Below are positions 18,902-27,535 of a stretch of 64,000 bases of DNA, piece by piece. The position numbers were made by a program, and so were the translations under genes. This DNA comes from Escherichia phage UPEC03. The notes under the pieces are model-generated. The model searched no databases. It was not told the origin of the DNA and was given only the letters and a program-made list of their open reading frames with translations. How positions within the stretch are numbered: position 1 is the stretch's first letter; each line of letters begins with the position of its first letter. The stretch is taken from the sequence record MW250785. One strand, given 5' to 3'.

Positions 18902-19186
18902 TTATGAACGATGAATAGCGGCGAATTCACTTGCAACCCGTAGCCCTAAACGTTTACATTCGGGTTCGGATTTACATTGCTTCTGCTGCCATTTTCGTTC
19001 CATGTAATTATAGAATAGTTCACTGATATTTACGCTGGGAGGGATGGTGTCAAGATATACCTGTAGCGCCGCATTGATATAGTAATCGAACTCTTTGGCG
19101 ACTACTGACCTATCATCAGCATGTGATGACGGAGACAAGATTAACAAACCAAACATCAGCGCTTTAGATATGCGTTTAATGTTCAT
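18902..19186 (-). CDS. Periplasmic lysis-inhibition protein, rI-like antiholin (tentative)
   Basis: 94 aa from ATG at 19186; signal/SAR-like N-terminus LLILSPSSHA; C-terminal two-Cys region; resemblance to T4 RI is from memory; located near tk. Confidence 0.45.
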   Translation of the reverse strand: MNIKRISKALMFGLLILSPSSHADDRSVVAKEFDYYINAALQVYLDTIPPSVNISELFYNYMERKWQQKQCKSEPECKRLGLRVASEFAAIHRS

Positions 19187-19236
19187 AAGCAATTCTCTAC
19201 GTGCTTACGGATCAACAATAGATCCGTTCCTGTATA

Positions 19237-19244
19237 TATTTATA
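19237..19244 (-). promoter_or_regulatory. Candidate T4-type late promoter (TATAAATA on minus strand)
   Basis: Exact TATAAATA about 50 nt upstream of the rI-like ATG, just downstream of a terminator. Confidence 0.35.
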
Positions 19245-19272
19245 GCAAAAAAGGGGCGATTCGCCCCTTATG
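19245..19272 (-). terminator. Intrinsic terminator (minus-strand orientation)
   Basis: GGGGCGAATCGCCCC followed by a T-run on the minus strand, after the stop of gene 19294-19686. Confidence 0.5.
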
Positions 19273-19293
19273 TAAAATTAGTCTAAAAATACA

Positions 19294-19686
19294 TCAAGTT
19301 ATCTCATACCAGCATAAGCTACGCTCAAAAGCGCGGATCTTATTTGCGTTCTCGATATTTTCATCCCATCCAATCACGCCAGCTTTCATCCGGCGTAACT
19401 CCTGACGCATTTTAGCGCGTACTTTCGAATCAATCTTTTTGACTGCGATTGAAAGCATCGCGGAGATATCACGATGAGCTTTGTTACCGTCGCGATTCAG
19501 GTTTTTATCGAACCGGATATATGCACAACCTGATTTGTGTTTCCAGTTGGTTGAGTACCAACGAATACCATCAGGGCTTTCTCCGTGCTGTGCATAATAC
19601 TGTGAAAATGCTTTTGTCTCTTCGATTTGTTCGATAGAGGACTTATCACGGACTGGAACATATTTCTTACGGTAAGTACGGCTCAT
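19294..19686 (-). CDS. Hypothetical basic protein (130 aa)
   Basis: ORF with ATG start between tk and rI-like gene. Confidence 0.45.
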   Translation of the reverse strand: MSRTYRKKYVPVRDKSSIEQIEETKAFSQYYAQHGESPDGIRWYSTNWKHKSGCAYIRFDKNLNRDGNKAHRDISAMLSIAVKKIDSKVRAKMRQELRRMKAGVIGWDENIENANKIRAFERSLCWYEIT

Positions 19687-19716
19687 AGTGTTCTCCTTTG
19701 TTTGTCTGAATACACC

Positions 19717-20301
19717 TTAACAGTTCAGACCAACATTATCAAGAAGTTTTTCGTGATAATGTTTGCGACAGAGCGAAACGTATTTGTCTTCGGCTCCGAT
19801 CTCAACCTGCGCCCCTTCGGTTACGAAGTTGCCTTGTGCGTCGATACGTGCAACCGTAGTTGCTTTACGCCCACAGTGACACATTCCGCGCAGTTCTCGG
19901 ATCTCGTCTGCCCAGGCCAGCAACCAGTAAGAACCCTCGAACAGATTCAACTGAAAATCAGTACGCAGACCGTAAGCCATTACAGGGATTTCGAGTTCAT
20001 CAACAACGCGACATAGATCGAAAACGTTTTTCTTCGAAAGGAATTGCGCCTCGTCAACGAAGATGCAAGCAATTTTATTCCGGCGCTGAATGTCCCAGAA
20101 CAGATCCATATCAGGCGCAATCAATTCACACTTTTCGTTCAGCCCGATACGCGAACTCACTGTGTTTGATGTGCGGGTGTCGATTGCTGGCTTATAGATT
20201 ACAACTCGCATACCGCGCTCTTTGTAATTGTGCGCGTCCGTCAATAGTCGCGCACTTTTGCCAGCGTTCATGGATGCATAGTGATAATACAATTTAGCCA
20301 T
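19717..20301 (-). CDS. tk: Thymidine kinase
   Basis: MAKLYYHYASMNAGKSARLL (P-loop), VDEAQFL, C-terminal zinc ribbon CHCGRKAT...CRKHY; ATG at 20301 with GGAG SD; the listed ORF carries a 39-codon upstream extension. Confidence 0.9.
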   Translation of the reverse strand: MAKLYYHYASMNAGKSARLLTDAHNYKERGMRVVIYKPAIDTRTSNTVSSRIGLNEKCELIAPDMDLFWDIQRRNKIACIFVDEAQFLSKKNVFDLCRVVDELEIPVMAYGLRTDFQLNLFEGSYWLLAWADEIRELRGMCHCGRKATTVARIDAQGNFVTEGAQVEIGAEDKYVSLCRKHYHEKLLDNVGLNC

Positions 20302-20575
20302 TGACACGCTCCACAAACTTAATATGATTCTGGAATTTGCCCTCACCTTCATGGTTTTTGCATGTTTTGTTTGAACAGTATATCCACCAATCCCACTCGT
20401 CGTAAGGGGGTTTGTCAATGTTCATGACGCAAATCAAAGGAAAATGACAATCCCGACAACGAACTTTTTCTATAATGTGTGCGTTAGCCAATTGAAAACC
20501 ATCCTTTACCCATGAGTTTTTCATTATGTCGCGCAAGATGCTCTTTGATTTCCGGTATCTGGATAGCAATATCAT
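20294..20575 (-). CDS. Hypothetical Cys-rich protein (start uncertain)
   Basis: Overlaps tk start by 8 nt and the upstream ORF by about 90 nt; CRDCHF...CSNKTC cysteines. Confidence 0.35.
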   Translation of the reverse strand: MILLSRYRKSKSILRDIMKNSWVKDGFQLANAHIIEKVRCRDCHFPLICVMNIDKPPYDEWDWWIYCSNKTCKNHEGEGKFQNHIKFVERVNG

Positions 20576-20699
20576 ACTCTTCTTTCGTCATAGTATGATT
20601 TGCGCAACCCATACACCCGCACACCTGCGCGTTACACCAACGGAGTGTTCCGTATGTCGCAATCACCTTCATTGCTTTAGCTTTGATTTTGTCAGTCAT
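20484..20699 (-). CDS. Hypothetical Cys-rich protein (71 aa)
   Basis: CNAQVCGCMGCANH cluster; overlaps downstream ORF in another frame. Confidence 0.35.
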   Translation of the reverse strand: MTDKIKAKAMKVIATYGTLRWCNAQVCGCMGCANHTMTKEEYDIAIQIPEIKEHLARHNEKLMGKGWFSIG

Positions 20700-20904
20700 G
20701 ATTAGCTCGCTCCACCGCTACCGCATCACGAACAGCATCGGTGATTTCATTTTCAACGAAATCCAGGATATCCGCTGTAATATCGTCGATACAGGATTGA
20801 TTGTAGTTACGTGAATCAGGATCATCATCTTCGGCATAATCCTGATACGCTTCGCCCAGTTGTTTCAGCTTGTGTTTTAACAGCTTTTGTTCTTGCGGTC
20901 TCAT
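20692..20904 (-). CDS. Hypothetical acidic protein (70 aa)
   Basis: Coupled ORF downstream of macrodomain gene. Confidence 0.4.
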   Translation of the reverse strand: MRPQEQKLLKHKLKQLGEAYQDYAEDDDPDSRNYNQSCIDDITADILDFVENEITDAVRDAVAVERANHD

Positions 20905-21398
20905 GATAAATCCGCCTTATGTGGATCAACCGATGGATCGAAGTGAACAACGATGATTGGATAATCACCCGTACACTCGTCGATAATGGCGCTAATACGC
21001 AACCAATCGCCACCAGCAAGCCCCGCACCGATAAGAGGGGTAATGATAGGCAATTTTTCAGGAAACGCACTGGCGCGTTCTACGGCGCTCACAAAGCATG
21101 ATCGGATTGCGTCATAATCCACTTGCGGGCCAGTACCCCAGAATTTAAACTGAGTGTAGGCATTGAAGACAATCTGACCTTCTTCCGTCATGTAGATGGA
21201 GTTAGTGCCTAACTTACGCTGGTCTCCTTTCATCGTCAATGCATCAATTTTGAACGCACCAGGGATTTTGTGCTTCACTTCTTTAGCAATACCCGCACCC
21301 ATGTTGCAATAACAGTTACACCCATGAATCAAGTGTACTTTTCGTTTCAGGAACAACTCTACAGCGTTCCCTTTGATTTCTTTAATAATCATTTTCAT
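20901..21398 (-). CDS. Macrodomain protein, TARG1/DarG-like (putative ADP-ribosyl hydrolase)
   Basis: HLIHGCNCYCNMGAGIA and PLIGAGLAGGDW resemble the TARG1 (C6orf130)/DarG macrodomain motifs; ATG at 21398. Confidence 0.65.
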   Translation of the reverse strand: MKMIIKEIKGNAVELFLKRKVHLIHGCNCYCNMGAGIAKEVKHKIPGAFKIDALTMKGDQRKLGTNSIYMTEEGQIVFNAYTQFKFWGTGPQVDYDAIRSCFVSAVERASAFPEKLPIITPLIGAGLAGGDWLRISAIIDECTGDYPIIVVHFDPSVDPHKADLS

Positions 21399-21622
21399 CA
21401 CCTGTATAGTGGCGGTAAGCCAGCACAGCCAGCCCCGCGATCACAACAATAACACACATTAAGATATAACCTGTGTTCATTTAAATTGGTCATCCCATCT
21501 TTGCCACGCTTCCAACTCGTCATCATATACAGGGAACGAGCTTTCGTTTGGCTTTTTAACGTAATACCAGATAATGATTGCAGCAGCAATCACACACCCA
21601 TAAAAGATCACTAATCCCAACA

Positions 21623-21943
21623 TCAGTATAATCCTATACCAGCGTTATATTCTTCAACCAGGTAAGTACGGAGTTTTTCACAACGTTCCTTATTTGGCGC
21701 TTTGGTGCAGAGGTTCATCATCGGTTCAGACTGCAAAAACTCACGCTGTTTAACCAGCTTCTGACGCTTGAAGAGGTGCGCATTTTCTTCGCCCCATACA
21801 TAAGCCGCGTCCAGTTGTTCAGCGATTACCTGTTCACATACCGCAACGTCTTTAATGTCACGATTATTGCAGAGTTCAGCCAGTCGATCATCAGCATGAG
21901 CAAAGCCAGCAAACAGAGTGAGTAACAGCGCAAGTTTTTTCAT
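21623..21943 (-). CDS. Secreted/periplasmic Cys-containing protein (106 aa)
   Basis: Signal peptide MKKLALLLTLFAGFAHA; four Cys in the mature part. Confidence 0.5.
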   Translation of the reverse strand: MKKLALLLTLFAGFAHADDRLAELCNNRDIKDVAVCEQVIAEQLDAAYVWGEENAHLFKRQKLVKQREFLQSEPMMNLCTKAPNKERCEKLRTYLVEEYNAGIGLY

Positions 21944-21952
21944 CGTTTTACC

Positions 21953-22564
21953 TTAGTATGAATCGTTTTCGATAGGGGTATAATAATGGGTTTCGCAGAC
22001 ATAAGCAAGCACTGATCGCAAACTATCGCTTTCAAATTCTGGCTTTTGATTGAGTTCCAGACTCCAGCCAGTGAAGCACATCCAGCGTTCTTCTGCAACG
22101 TCAAAGGCTAACCAATACATGTTGAACTGTGAACATGTATGTTCGAAGATGTCGAATAGTAGTTTACCGCCGATCGGTTTCACATATGGTTTCACGCGTT
22201 GAAGCGATTTCAGGACTGTTTCGAGGTTACTGCGATCCTCATTCATCGCGATACGAAGAATATGCTGATTGGTTTCTGGGTTGTATCCATCAATCCCCAA
22301 CCCCATATCCTGGAAGAACTTAGTCGCATCATGGAAAATCTCTCGTCCGCTGTTCGGGGAATTGATGTAAAACTTAATGCGTTGTTTTGGAGTCATCGCG
22401 CGGACACGGGAAGCGGTTTTGTGATCGATCTCTTCTTTGATGTCTTTGCGAGCGTTCAGAAGTTTATTCAGCTTTTCCTGGTAAGGTTTCATTACCGCCC
22501 TGATCTCGTCGATACGTTCATCAACGATCGCTAACTGCTGTTCCGGTGTCAGTTTAGTTTCCAT
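21953..22564 (-). CDS. Hypothetical protein (203 aa)
   Basis: ORF with ATG start. Confidence 0.5.
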   Translation of the reverse strand: METKLTPEQQLAIVDERIDEIRAVMKPYQEKLNKLLNARKDIKEEIDHKTASRVRAMTPKQRIKFYINSPNSGREIFHDATKFFQDMGLGIDGYNPETNQHILRIAMNEDRSNLETVLKSLQRVKPYVKPIGGKLLFDIFEHTCSQFNMYWLAFDVAEERWMCFTGWSLELNQKPEFESDSLRSVLAYVCETHYYTPIENDSY

Positions 22565-22565
22565 G

Positions 22566-22970
22566 TTAAGCCCCTACGCACACAAAGCGATCTTCAATTG
22601 CATCATTAACACATTCGTAAATGCTAACGTCATTCGGGACGTGCTTACGAATACCCACTTTCACGATATCCATGATCTCTTTGTTGCTGCCCCACACGTT
22701 CAGGTTGAAGTAAACACCGCCGCTATGAATTGTGCTGTTGCCAACATCAAGATACGTATCTTGACTTTCGCAGATAAACAGTTTGCGTTTTTCTTCTCCG
22801 TATGCGAAGTAGATACTGAACGATTCCATACGATGACGATCGACCGTGATGGTTTCCACTTTAACCTTTGGATCTTTGTTCAGTTCATCTAACACACCCT
22901 GAATGATGTGCAGCATGTTCGGCTTGATGATAGTCGGATGACTGGTGATAACTCGATGTGATGTGCTCAT
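22566..22970 (-). CDS. Hypothetical protein (134 aa)
   Basis: First gene after module copy 3. Confidence 0.5.
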   Translation of the reverse strand: MSTSHRVITSHPTIIKPNMLHIIQGVLDELNKDPKVKVETITVDRHRMESFSIYFAYGEEKRKLFICESQDTYLDVGNSTIHSGGVYFNLNVWGSNKEIMDIVKVGIRKHVPNDVSIYECVNDAIEDRFVCVGA

Positions 22971-23037
22971 AATTTAATCCTCAATAGTTGGTACACACAT
23001 AATAAAAAAGCCCCTGCGAAAATGCAAGGGCTTTTTA
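22971..23037 (-). promoter_or_regulatory. Terminator-promoter module (copy 3 of 6, variant -10)
   Basis: Minus strand AAAAAGCCC-TTGCAT-N17-TATTAT; hairpin 23005-23036. Confidence 0.4.
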
Positions 23038-23685
23038 TCAGATAATGCGTTTTTCTTCTAACAGCTTCGCGGTATGGTTAACCATGCGAGCATAATCACG
23101 GGCTTCTTTCTTTGAATACTTGAACCCCGCGTTGTAACTCGCCAGCGCCTTTTTCAAGTCGCCTTTGTGGTAATCAAGCCAGTATTCCAGTTCGTGAAGT
23201 GCGTACTTGGAACCACCCCGAAGGGTTTCGAGCTTATTGATTACTACGCGTTTGGAATATGATTTATCCATTCGTGCGGACGCGCTACGGGCTGTTACTT
23301 GAAAACAACCATAAGCATGATGATTCTTTTTGCCTTTCCCTACGTTCTCACATGCGCGAGACTCGATCCAGGCAATAGCCGCTAAATGATATCCCAAACG
23401 TTTCGATGTTTCCGATTCAACTGGCTTTGCAGTTTTGAGATCGTATTCGTTACCGATCCTGAAAGCGTACTCCAAAACCTTTTTCTGCTTTGGTGTAATA
23501 TCATCCAATTCCTTAACATAGCTGAGGGCATTGGCTGGCGCTTTCTTCATTACTGTTGCTTGTTGTAGCGGTAAAGTTGACTTCACAGAAGGGAGTGTTT
23601 GGATAAACTCTCCTAACGGATCAGTCGCCGCGTTGCCAGAAAAAGAGCATAAGAAAATGCTGGCAGCAAAGATAATTTTCTTCAT
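23038..23685 (-). CDS. Lytic transglycosylase (SLT domain) with signal peptide
   Basis: MKKIIFAASIFLCSFSGNA signal; SLT motifs AIAWIESR, YGCFQV, YNAG; ATG at 23685 (listed start is TTG). Confidence 0.75.
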   Translation of the reverse strand: MKKIIFAASIFLCSFSGNAATDPLGEFIQTLPSVKSTLPLQQATVMKKAPANALSYVKELDDITPKQKKVLEYAFRIGNEYDLKTAKPVESETSKRLGYHLAAIAWIESRACENVGKGKKNHHAYGCFQVTARSASARMDKSYSKRVVINKLETLRGGSKYALHELEYWLDYHKGDLKKALASYNAGFKYSKKEARDYARMVNHTAKLLEEKRII

Positions 23686-23736
23686 TGTAATACCTATTTG
23701 TAACAAGAGAGGGCTATGATACCCTCGTCTTATTAT

Positions 23737-24306
23737 TTATGCAACGATTTTACGCTGTTTTGCTTCGGTCAGCTTTTTCTCGATGAATTCAGCAATGTTA
23801 TAGTTTGAAATTGACGCAATCGGATCGTACAGCGCTATGATTTCATCAAACGATACCCGAACCACATGTTTAAAGTAAACGCTCCAGCTTGTCGTAAAGA
23901 TTTCGCTGTGATCAAATCCACAATTAGGACTGAACAAGGCGCGGTATTGGTATCCGCTGTATTTGGTCAGACGGCTTGTGCTGTGCGCGTTACTGGTGAT
24001 GAGGAATTTCCCTGTGTGAGTCTCAACCACGAAGAAATAACCCAGACGTTCTTTGTTGTCCAGCATCGTTTCAAACTTACGATTGTTTTCTTCGCGCTCA
24101 ACACGGGTTTCGATCATCTTCCAGACCTGTTCATATTCAGGCCAATCATGCTCGACAACAACCCCTTTTATGGGTTCTTTGCCTTGCTCTTTACGATAGC
24201 GATCAATTTTATTCACTACCGCAGAGAGAAGCAGTTTGTCGCTATCACTTAACGCCGCATCAATATCCGCATATTTAAGCACTGCATAACGTTCTTCGCG
24301 TTTCAT
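23737..24306 (-). CDS. Hypothetical protein (189 aa)
   Basis: ORF with ATG start. Confidence 0.5.
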   Translation of the reverse strand: MKREERYAVLKYADIDAALSDSDKLLLSAVVNKIDRYRKEQGKEPIKGVVVEHDWPEYEQVWKMIETRVEREENNRKFETMLDNKERLGYFFVVETHTGKFLITSNAHSTSRLTKYSGYQYRALFSPNCGFDHSEIFTTSWSVYFKHVVRVSFDEIIALYDPIASISNYNIAEFIEKKLTEAKQRKIVA

Positions 24307-24473
24307 ACTACTACATCCTTATCACAGACTGGACACCGGATCACACGATACACATCACGACCGCCAGTGTAATCAGTAGATACCTTTTCTTTGACATCCT
24401 GCGCAGTGTATGACAGAACAGCACCACAACGACAGGCAGTTTGTTTTGGGGTAATGCTTACAACTTGAACCAT
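24303..24473 (-). CDS. Small zinc-ribbon protein (56 aa, not in ORF track)
   Basis: MVQVVSITPKQTACRCG...CPVCDK; ATGA overlap with downstream gene start at 24306. Confidence 0.35.
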   Translation of the reverse strand: MVQVVSITPKQTACRCGAVLSYTAQDVKEKVSTDYTGGRDVYRVIRCPVCDKDVVV

Positions 24474-24480
24474 AATAACC

Positions 24481-24675
24481 TCACAAAAATAGTTTCACTT
24501 CGCTACCGCATTTCGGGCAGACGATATGTTTTTTCACGATGTAATCAGCAGCACGGAAGAAACCGTTGTAGAACACTTCGTTTTTCTTCTGTACATCAGA
24601 CAATTCATACTCTAACCCACTTTTGCAGTTAGCGCAAACGGTAATTAGCTTTGGACTAACAATAACGCTGATCAT
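24481..24675 (-). CDS. Small zinc-ribbon protein (64 aa)
   Basis: CANCKSG...CPKCGSE; ATG at 24675 with GAGGT SD just after a hairpin. Confidence 0.4.
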   Translation of the reverse strand: MISVIVSPKLITVCANCKSGLEYELSDVQKKNEVFYNGFFRAADYIVKKHIVCPKCGSEVKLFL

Positions 24676-24677
24676 GT

Positions 24678-24706
24678 ATACCTCACGAAAAAGGGGGCCG
24701 AAGCCC
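24678..24706 (-). terminator. GC-rich hairpin after PhoH
   Basis: AAGGGGGC-CGAA-GCCCCCTT, T-run on minus strand. Confidence 0.45.
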
Positions 24707-24712
24707 CCTTGA

Positions 24713-26059
24713 TTAAAAGTTCTCTTCGACGAATGCAGCCAGTCGCCCACGATATACGGTATCCAGGATCACATGACTTGAATGACCGTACTCTTTAAGT
24801 TTTTCAACCGCATACACAAAGCCGTTGTTAACAGCAGTGTTGCGCGGGTTGTCAATCTGTTTAATGTTCCCGCATAGTATCAGAAGGGTGTTCTCACCGC
24901 AACGGGAAATGATGGATTTGATTTCGTGATTGCTCAAGTTTTGACATTCATCAACAATCAGAACCGAACCTTTACCCGGATCAGGATGCCCGATTGAGCG
25001 CCCACGGAAGTAATACAGGCTAGGGAACTGGACAACGTTTTTCTCCAGCAGCCCTTCTACGTATTTGTCAACTTCCGGTTGATCCTTAAACAGAATGTTC
25101 AGGCTCGTAATACATGGTTCTACAGCAGGACGCAGTTTTTCGCCAAGAGTACCAGGTAAGAACCCGATTTCGCCCGACAGAGGGCTATCTGCCTTGACAT
25201 ACATCAGGTTTGCGAAGTGTCCCGCGTTTACCATGTGCATTGCACCAGCAACAGCCAGCATGGTTTTACCTGAACCCGCCGCGCCCATGATGGTCACAAC
25301 GTCATTGTTTTTGTCCAGAATAGCATCAACGAATGACGCTTGCAGAGCATCGCGAGGCTGAATTGTTTTCATCAGCTTACGCTTTAACGCCTGTTCGTGC
25401 TTAATAGGCAACACTTCAAGCTGAAACTCTCCAGCATTCACCACACGCCCTACAATCTCACCACACGATAGAATGTATTGGTTAGGGTAGAAATCCGCGT
25501 CAGGAAGCGATGAATACGTTATAACGGCAACAGGCCCGACATACTCCAGGACTTCAACAGTTTCCCAGAACAGAGGCAGGTCGATATAACCTGAATACAA
25601 CACATCACTATCTTTCAGCGAGTCATCGCCAGTGTATTGAAGAACCGAACAACCTTTAGACATCGCGATCAACAGCATGTTAATGTCACGAGTCACCAGA
25701 GTTGCGCCCTGCTGAATACAAGTTGCAATGATCCGCGCATCCTGTTTATCCAGAGGGAATTCTTCGGTGCCGTCATAATCGACGATTTTCAGTGTTACGC
25801 TTTCCGGTACTGCTGGGTTCGATAAGTTTAACGAAACCCCTGTTTGGGTAATTGCTTCATAATTTTGTCCCAGGATTGCTTTGGACAAAAGCCGGATCGC
25901 CAGTCGTGCTTCATGAGCGGTTCGCTCTTTGCTTTTCAGGTGATCCAGTTCTTCCATCGTTGCAGCGGTGATAATGATTTCGCTGTCAGGTTCGATGTAA
26001 GAATAGATTGAATATGGGTTACTAATCAAAACATTGGTGTCTAATACGTATTTTGACAT
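24713..26059 (-). CDS. phoH: PhoH-like ATPase with N-terminal PIN domain
   Basis: N-terminal YVLDTNVLI (PIN-like); Walker A GAAGSGKT; Walker B LIVDEC. Confidence 0.8.
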   Translation of the reverse strand: MSKYVLDTNVLISNPYSIYSYIEPDSEIIITAATMEELDHLKSKERTAHEARLAIRLLSKAILGQNYEAITQTGVSLNLSNPAVPESVTLKIVDYDGTEEFPLDKQDARIIATCIQQGATLVTRDINMLLIAMSKGCSVLQYTGDDSLKDSDVLYSGYIDLPLFWETVEVLEYVGPVAVITYSSLPDADFYPNQYILSCGEIVGRVVNAGEFQLEVLPIKHEQALKRKLMKTIQPRDALQASFVDAILDKNNDVVTIMGAAGSGKTMLAVAGAMHMVNAGHFANLMYVKADSPLSGEIGFLPGTLGEKLRPAVEPCITSLNILFKDQPEVDKYVEGLLEKNVVQFPSLYYFRGRSIGHPDPGKGSVLIVDECQNLSNHEIKSIISRCGENTLLILCGNIKQIDNPRNTAVNNGFVYAVEKLKEYGHSSHVILDTVYRGRLAAFVEENF

Positions 26060-26068
26060 ACATTAACC

Positions 26069-26593
26069 TTATGTGGTTTCGTTAAAAAATGTGCCGAAAA
26101 CCTCTTTCGCTTTCCGGTCATAAACGGCTTTTGCTTCTTCTGGAGTGGTATAATACCCCAAAAATTTTCTTTTTCCATCTATGTTTATCTGCGCTTTATA
26201 CTTCCCATTTGCTTTGTGATAAGAAACACCTTTCAACCCCGTACTGCTGTTTGAATTACATTTCTTTTTCATCGCGTTTTGTTGGTTCGTCGCTTTCTGT
26301 AGATTTCTTGCTGTATCTCCATTTTCAACACCATACACATGATCTACGATAGGAGGAAGATAACCATTCTCAACGTAAAACACTATTCGGTGTCGCAAAT
26401 ACATAGAACCTTTAAAATGAATTTGGGAATACTCGTTCTTGCTTCCGGCTTCACTTCCAGGAGACATAGGGCCGCGCTGAATTTTCCAATACACTTTTCC
26501 CGTAGATGTATCAACATCTACATAACTCAGAAGAGACTCAATCCCTTGAATCTCTTCCTGTATGGTTCTTGATGAATAACCATGACTTTTCAT
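26069..26593 (-). CDS. HNH endonuclease with AP2-like domain (paralog of 11917-12453)
   Basis: MKSHGYSSRTIQEEIQGIESLL... parallels the other HNH-AP2 protein; AP2-like LKGVSYHKANGKYKAQINIDGKRKFLGYY; ATG at 26593 overlaps upstream stop by 1 nt. Confidence 0.7.
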   Translation of the reverse strand: MKSHGYSSRTIQEEIQGIESLLSYVDVDTSTGKVYWKIQRGPMSPGSEAGSKNEYSQIHFKGSMYLRHRIVFYVENGYLPPIVDHVYGVENGDTARNLQKATNQQNAMKKKCNSNSSTGLKGVSYHKANGKYKAQINIDGKRKFLGYYTTPEEAKAVYDRKAKEVFGTFFNETT

Positions 26594-27063
26594 TACATAC
26601 CCAAACGGATAATATGGATATATGGGAACGGGTGAAGATGACTTGAACGCATACACAAGGTCAGTGTTTTTGCCAGTTCAAACCGTTCGTCGATCGTCAT
26701 GTCGCATTCATCGAAAATCAGGTTGATTGCCTGATACTTGATCGTTTGTCCACGGAAAATGGTATTCAGATCTTGACGTTTCGACAGAATGAAAGACGAA
26801 TCAGCGCCCTTATCCATTCCATGTTCTGCCGCAGCACAAATACCCATTTGCTTTGTCGGCGCAACGTAGATATTCAGTGTCCCTTTCGACTGCTTGATGA
26901 TATCGAAAGCCGCTTTGGTTTTACCCGACATCCGGCCCATATCCAGCGCAGTTTCGAAAATAGACACACCGCCGCATTCTTGCCCCCAACGCCCATCAAT
27001 GATTCGCGCAAGGTGCAGGTTACGTGACTGCTTTACAGCGTCAACATAGAATTGTGAAATCAT
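26593..27063 (-). CDS. Hypothetical P-loop-like protein (156 aa)
   Basis: Deviant Walker A-like GRMSGKT and Walker B-like LIFDECD; directly upstream of the HNH gene. Confidence 0.4.
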   Translation of the reverse strand: MISQFYVDAVKQSRNLHLARIIDGRWGQECGGVSIFETALDMGRMSGKTKAAFDIIKQSKGTLNIYVAPTKQMGICAAAEHGMDKGADSSFILSKRQDLNTIFRGQTIKYQAINLIFDECDMTIDERFELAKTLTLCMRSSHLHPFPYIHIIRLGM

Positions 27064-27072
27064 GTTGTCGCC

Positions 27073-27468
27073 TTATGCAAGTTCAACGTGTGGTGCGTCG
27101 ATAAATTTCGTTTCAATAGGAAGATTTGGATCGTTCTTCCAGTTGATACCGTAACGCAGTTTTACACCCTGTTCACCAGCGGCTTGTTTCACTGCATTCA
27201 GGACAGGCAACCACACTTTCGGGTTAGTCTGCCAGCCAGCAGGGAGAACGCTAGGATACAGATCCACAGCATCACCAGTGATGTGTTTTGAGTTCATGGT
27301 CTGGGAAACACCCTTGCGGACGTTCTCGCGCTGTTGCTCTACGGTGCGCAGACCTTCGCGTACACCAAAATCAACAGGCGAGAGTTCCAAAGCACGTTTT
27401 ACCACCTTAACCAGTTCCGGCTTCACGCCTTGCAGGTTGTTCAGGCTTTTCTGACTAAATTTAAACAT
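27073..27468 (-). CDS. Endolysin, L-alanyl-D-glutamate peptidase (M15 family, T5 Lys-like)
   Basis: SKHITGDAVDL (SxHxxGxAxD) and C-terminal DAPHVELA; overall pattern resembles T5 endolysin; AGAGG SD. Confidence 0.8.
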   Translation of the reverse strand: MFKFSQKSLNNLQGVKPELVKVVKRALELSPVDFGVREGLRTVEQQRENVRKGVSQTMNSKHITGDAVDLYPSVLPAGWQTNPKVWLPVLNAVKQAAGEQGVKLRYGINWKNDPNLPIETKFIDAPHVELA

Positions 27469-27535
27469 ACATACCTCTTTATGAAAATACCCTATGGGCT
27501 ACACAGGGTATTTACGGTTTAAGAGGCGCAACGTT

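Noticed and set aside
20294-20699. Programmed frameshift joining the two overlapping Cys-rich ORFs
   Set aside because: No slippery heptamer was identified by eye in the overlap; more likely two small genes with uncertain starts
21398-21589. Listed 63-aa minus-strand ORF
   Set aside because: Translation is low-complexity; two other-frame mini-ORFs with clear TM helices and ATGA coupling explain the region better
24713-26059. 448-aa ORF as NadV (nicotinamide phosphoribosyltransferase) partner of NatV
   Set aside because: It carries a PIN N-terminus and a GAAGSGKT Walker A typical of PhoH-like proteins, not Nampt motifs
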